A stretch of 24,507 bases of DNA from a virus (lineage: Duplodnaviria; Caudoviricetes): positions 1-24,507 of IMG/VR virus record IMGVR_UViG_3300032246_000953; one strand, given 5' to 3'. How positions within the stretch are numbered: the stretch's first letter is position 1; each line of letters opens with the position of its first letter. Below, piece after piece: positions 22,423 through 24,507 of the stretch. The translations under genes and the position numbers were made by a program. The notes below the pieces were generated by a model. That model was given only the letters and a program-made list of their open reading frames with translations. It searched no databases and was not told the DNA's origin.

Positions 22423-24294
22423 ATGGCATATAGAATTTTAAAAAGTAATGGGCAGTTATTAACAACTATTCCTGACGGGACCATTAACACTACTAGCACT
22501 ACTTTAGGATTGCCCGGTAGAAACTATGCAGGATATGGACAAACTCTAGATACTAACTTTGTTCATGTAACTGAAAATTTTGCCAAAGCTACTCCTCCCG
22601 CTAACCCGCTGCAGGGCCAATTATGGTATAACACTAATGCCAATCTATTATATGTATGCCCCGCAGATGGAACAACTAACGCTGCTGATTGGGTGCCTAT
22701 AGCAGTAGCAGGTGGAAACACTACTACAACATTTGGTACGGTTAATGTTAATGGAAACCTAAACGCTAATAATGTAATAGCGGTTAATTCTGTTCAGGCA
22801 GCAAATGGCGCATTTACTAACATTAGCGTTACAGCTAATGCAAATATCGCAAGTTCAAGTACAATAACAGCTAATATTGGTACGCTAACTACTCAAGTAA
22901 TCACTACTGGTGCAAATACTACTACAGGAACAATGAATGGTACTTGGACAATAACTGGTGGCCTGTCAGGTAATTCGCTAGTAGTAGCTAACGGTAATGT
23001 ATATACTACTGGTATTAGAACTGACGGCTATTATTACTCTAATGGTGCACCATTCAATGGAACATATACTAATGGTAATGTATTTGATTATTTGACTGGT
23101 GCAAACAGCACACCAAGATTTACCGGTAACATCGCACCAAGCTTAATAGCCGCCACCGGTAACATAAACACTACCGGTAACATAAGTGCGACTGGTAACA
23201 TAACTGGTAATTATATTATAGGTAACGGTAGCTTATTGACCGGCGTGTCAGTAAGTGGAGGAACTACTATTGTCAATGGTAATAGTAATGTAAATATTCC
23301 TGCAGCCAATGGCAATGTCACCATCAGTTCAGCAGGTAATGCTAATATTGTAGTAGTTACTGGAACTGGTGCTAATATCGCTGGTACACTAAGCTCAACC
23401 GGTAACGCTAATATAGGTGGTACGCTAAATGTAACTGGTAATACTACTTTCTCAGGTACTGGTCAGCGAATTTTTGGTGACTTTAGTAACGGTACATTAG
23501 CAAGTAGAACAGTGTTCCAAAGCAGCACGGCAAATACCGCAACTGATATTCCTATTCTGCCCAACGGTACCGCCGCAGGTGGTTCAAGCTTAAATACTTT
23601 CAACCTTTCCAATATAGCTAATTCAGCTTATGTCGTTATGGGTGCTAACTCTACTGTAACACGGCTTTACTCAGCTACTACGGGTACAGCAACTTTATTG
23701 CCACTGGCATTTGGTATGGGTTCTTCGGAAGCGGCTAGAATTGATACTGGACTAAACTTTTTAGTTGGCAGAACAAGTTTTTCATCAACTAATAGCGGAA
23801 CAAAAGGCACAACATTTAATACATTAGGATACATTTCTTTAGAAACTGAATACGCTACCGGAGGAAGCTTATATATTAATACTTTTGGCGCCGGAAGCAA
23901 CTCAACAAATCAAATATATTTTTACAGAAATAACACTACCGCCGGACTTATTGTAACTAATCCAAGCAATCAAACGCAACTAGTTGCGTCGTCTGATTAC
24001 AGGCTTAAAAATACTATTACACCATTGACTACAAGCGGCGCATTTATTGATAAGTTAAAACCATCGTCATGGATTTGGAATAGTAGTGGTGTGACTGACG
24101 CAGGATTTATTGCTCACGAAGCTGCTGAAGTAACCCCAAATAGCGTGTATGGGGAAAAAGATGCGGTAGACAAAGACGGGAATCCTGTTCATCAAATGAT
24201 GAACGCATCGTCATCTGAGATCATCGCCAACATGGTTGCAGAACTGCAAGAATTACGCCGTCGGGTAGCCCAATTAGAAGCTAAAAATCCTTAA
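22423..24294 (+). CDS. Tail fibre / receptor-binding protein with C-terminal intramolecular chaperone auto-processing domain (peptidase S74)
   Basis: N-terminal anchor-like segment (GRNYAGYG...ENFA...PPANPLQGQLWY), then an Asn/Gly/Thr-rich beta shaft. SSDYRLK lies at 23989-24009, followed by GFIAHE and a terminal coiled coil (MVAELQELRRRVAQLE). Confidence 0.88.
   Translation: MAYRILKSNGQLLTTIPDGTINTTSTTLGLPGRNYAGYGQTLDTNFVHVTENFAKATPPANPLQGQLWYNTNANLLYVCPADGTTNAADWVPIAVAGGNTTTTFGTVNVNGNLNANNVIAVNSVQAANGAFTNISVTANANIASSSTITANIGTLTTQVITTGANTTTGTMNGTWTITGGLSGNSLVVANGNVYTTGIRTDGYYYSNGAPFNGTYTNGNVFDYLTGANSTPRFTGNIAPSLIAATGNINTTGNISATGNITGNYIIGNGSLLTGVSVSGGTTIVNGNSNVNIPAANGNVTISSAGNANIVVVTGTGANIAGTLSSTGNANIGGTLNVTGNTTFSGTGQRIFGDFSNGTLASRTVFQSSTANTATDIPILPNGTAAGGSSLNTFNLSNIANSAYVVMGANSTVTRLYSATTGTATLLPLAFGMGSSEAARIDTGLNFLVGRTSFSSTNSGTKGTTFNTLGYISLETEYATGGSLYINTFGAGSNSTNQIYFYRNNTTAGLIVTNPSNQTQLVASSDYRLKNTITPLTTSGAFIDKLKPSSWIWNSSGVTDAGFIAHEAAEVTPNSVYGEKDAVDKDGNPVHQMMNASSSEIIANMVAELQELRRRVAQLEAKNP
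23122..23211 (+). repeat. Short tandem repeats AC(C/T)GGTAACAT encoding TGNI units in the fibre shaft
   Basis: ACCGGTAACAT at 23122, 23155 and 23173, ACTGGTAACAT at 23191, and ACTGGTAAT at 23203. The three central copies have an 18-nt period. Confidence 0.8.
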
Positions 24295-24300
24295 AGTAGT

Positions 24301-24311
24301 TGTGATATAAT
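24301..24311 (+). promoter_or_regulatory. Sigma70-type extended -10 promoter (TGTG-A-TATAAT)
   Basis: Perfect TGnTATAAT (TG at 24303-24304, TATAAT at 24306-24311) in a 22-nt intergenic gap. No recognisable -35 element. Confidence 0.6.
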
Positions 24312-24316
24312 TGTCA

Positions 24317-24507
24317 ATGCACGATGACACTAAAAACCCTAGTAATTTAGCTAAAGGTAGAACTAGCTTTGATATTAATGTAGGAGGTACCCTTGTACCC
24401 TTCTTTAATAAAAATATCACTCCCTACCCTACAGATGTAAGTGCTCCCAAATTTGAGCTAGTACCTGTACGCGAGAAAAAAGACTTGATGATAAATTCTG
24501 CCCGCAT
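24317..24507 (+). CDS. 5' part of a hypothetical protein, possibly DUF2452-like (runs off the window)
   Basis: Open frame from ATG 24317 to the window end: MHDDTKNPSNLAKGRTSFDINVGGTLVPFFNKNITPYPTDVSAPKFELVPVREKKDLMINSAR. The PYPT.V.AP.F motif recalls DUF2452-type proteins from memory only (unverified). Confidence 0.65.
   Translation, partial: MHDDTKNPSNLAKGRTSFDINVGGTLVPFFNKNITPYPTDVSAPKFELVPVREKKDLMINSAR

Noticed and set aside
6577-23900. Short minus-strand ORFs in the track (60-129 aa), including 21584-21799 and 23667-23900
   Set aside because: They lie antisense to long, motif-rich + strand genes and have no recognisable motifs. The 21584-21799 ORF is better explained as the shadow of the + strand 52-aa ORF.
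338-24294. All seven complete stops are TAA, which raised possible stop-codon reassignment
   Set aside because: The 17-kb and 3.4-kb ORFs are fully open in the standard code, so TAG and TGA are not used as sense codons here. A TAA preference is expected in AT-rich DNA.
22423-24507. Diversity-generating retroelement or invertible fibre cassette
   Set aside because: I saw no reverse transcriptase, invertase, inverted crossover sites or adenine-variant ~100-bp repeat pair in the window, and the fibre ends in an S74 domain. A template outside the window cannot be excluded.
1-24507. CRISPR array, tRNA, rRNA or intrinsic terminators
   Set aside because: Intergenic gaps are 44 nt or shorter and are occupied by promoter or RBS motifs. 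I saw no spaced DNA repeats, cloverleafs or GC hairpin with a U-tract.

Overview
AT-rich, gene-dense window with all genes on the + strand. It looks like the baseplate/tail-fibre (late, virion-structural) module of a large or jumbo contractile-tailed phage with T4-like late control. Gene order: 3' end of an unknown gene; gp25-like wedge subunit; extended gp6-like wedge protein (1135 aa); a giant 5770-aa modular protein with gp7/gpI-like core motifs; an unlisted 52-aa ORF; a 203-aa conserved structural protein; a tail fibre with a C-terminal intramolecular chaperone (peptidase S74); and the start of a further small gene. The main points of interest are: (i) nested 'Russian-doll' domain insertions in the giant protein, including one ~50-aa module found at two unrelated sites; (ii) late-promoter-like NATAAATA boxes and one extended -10 placed so that transcription would start on the A of ATG (leaderless mRNAs); (iii) a micro-ORF that copies the N-terminal motif of its downstream, translationally coupled neighbour. 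I saw no RNA genes, CRISPR array, IS element or genetic-code change. All family assignments come from recognising motifs by eye, not from database searches.
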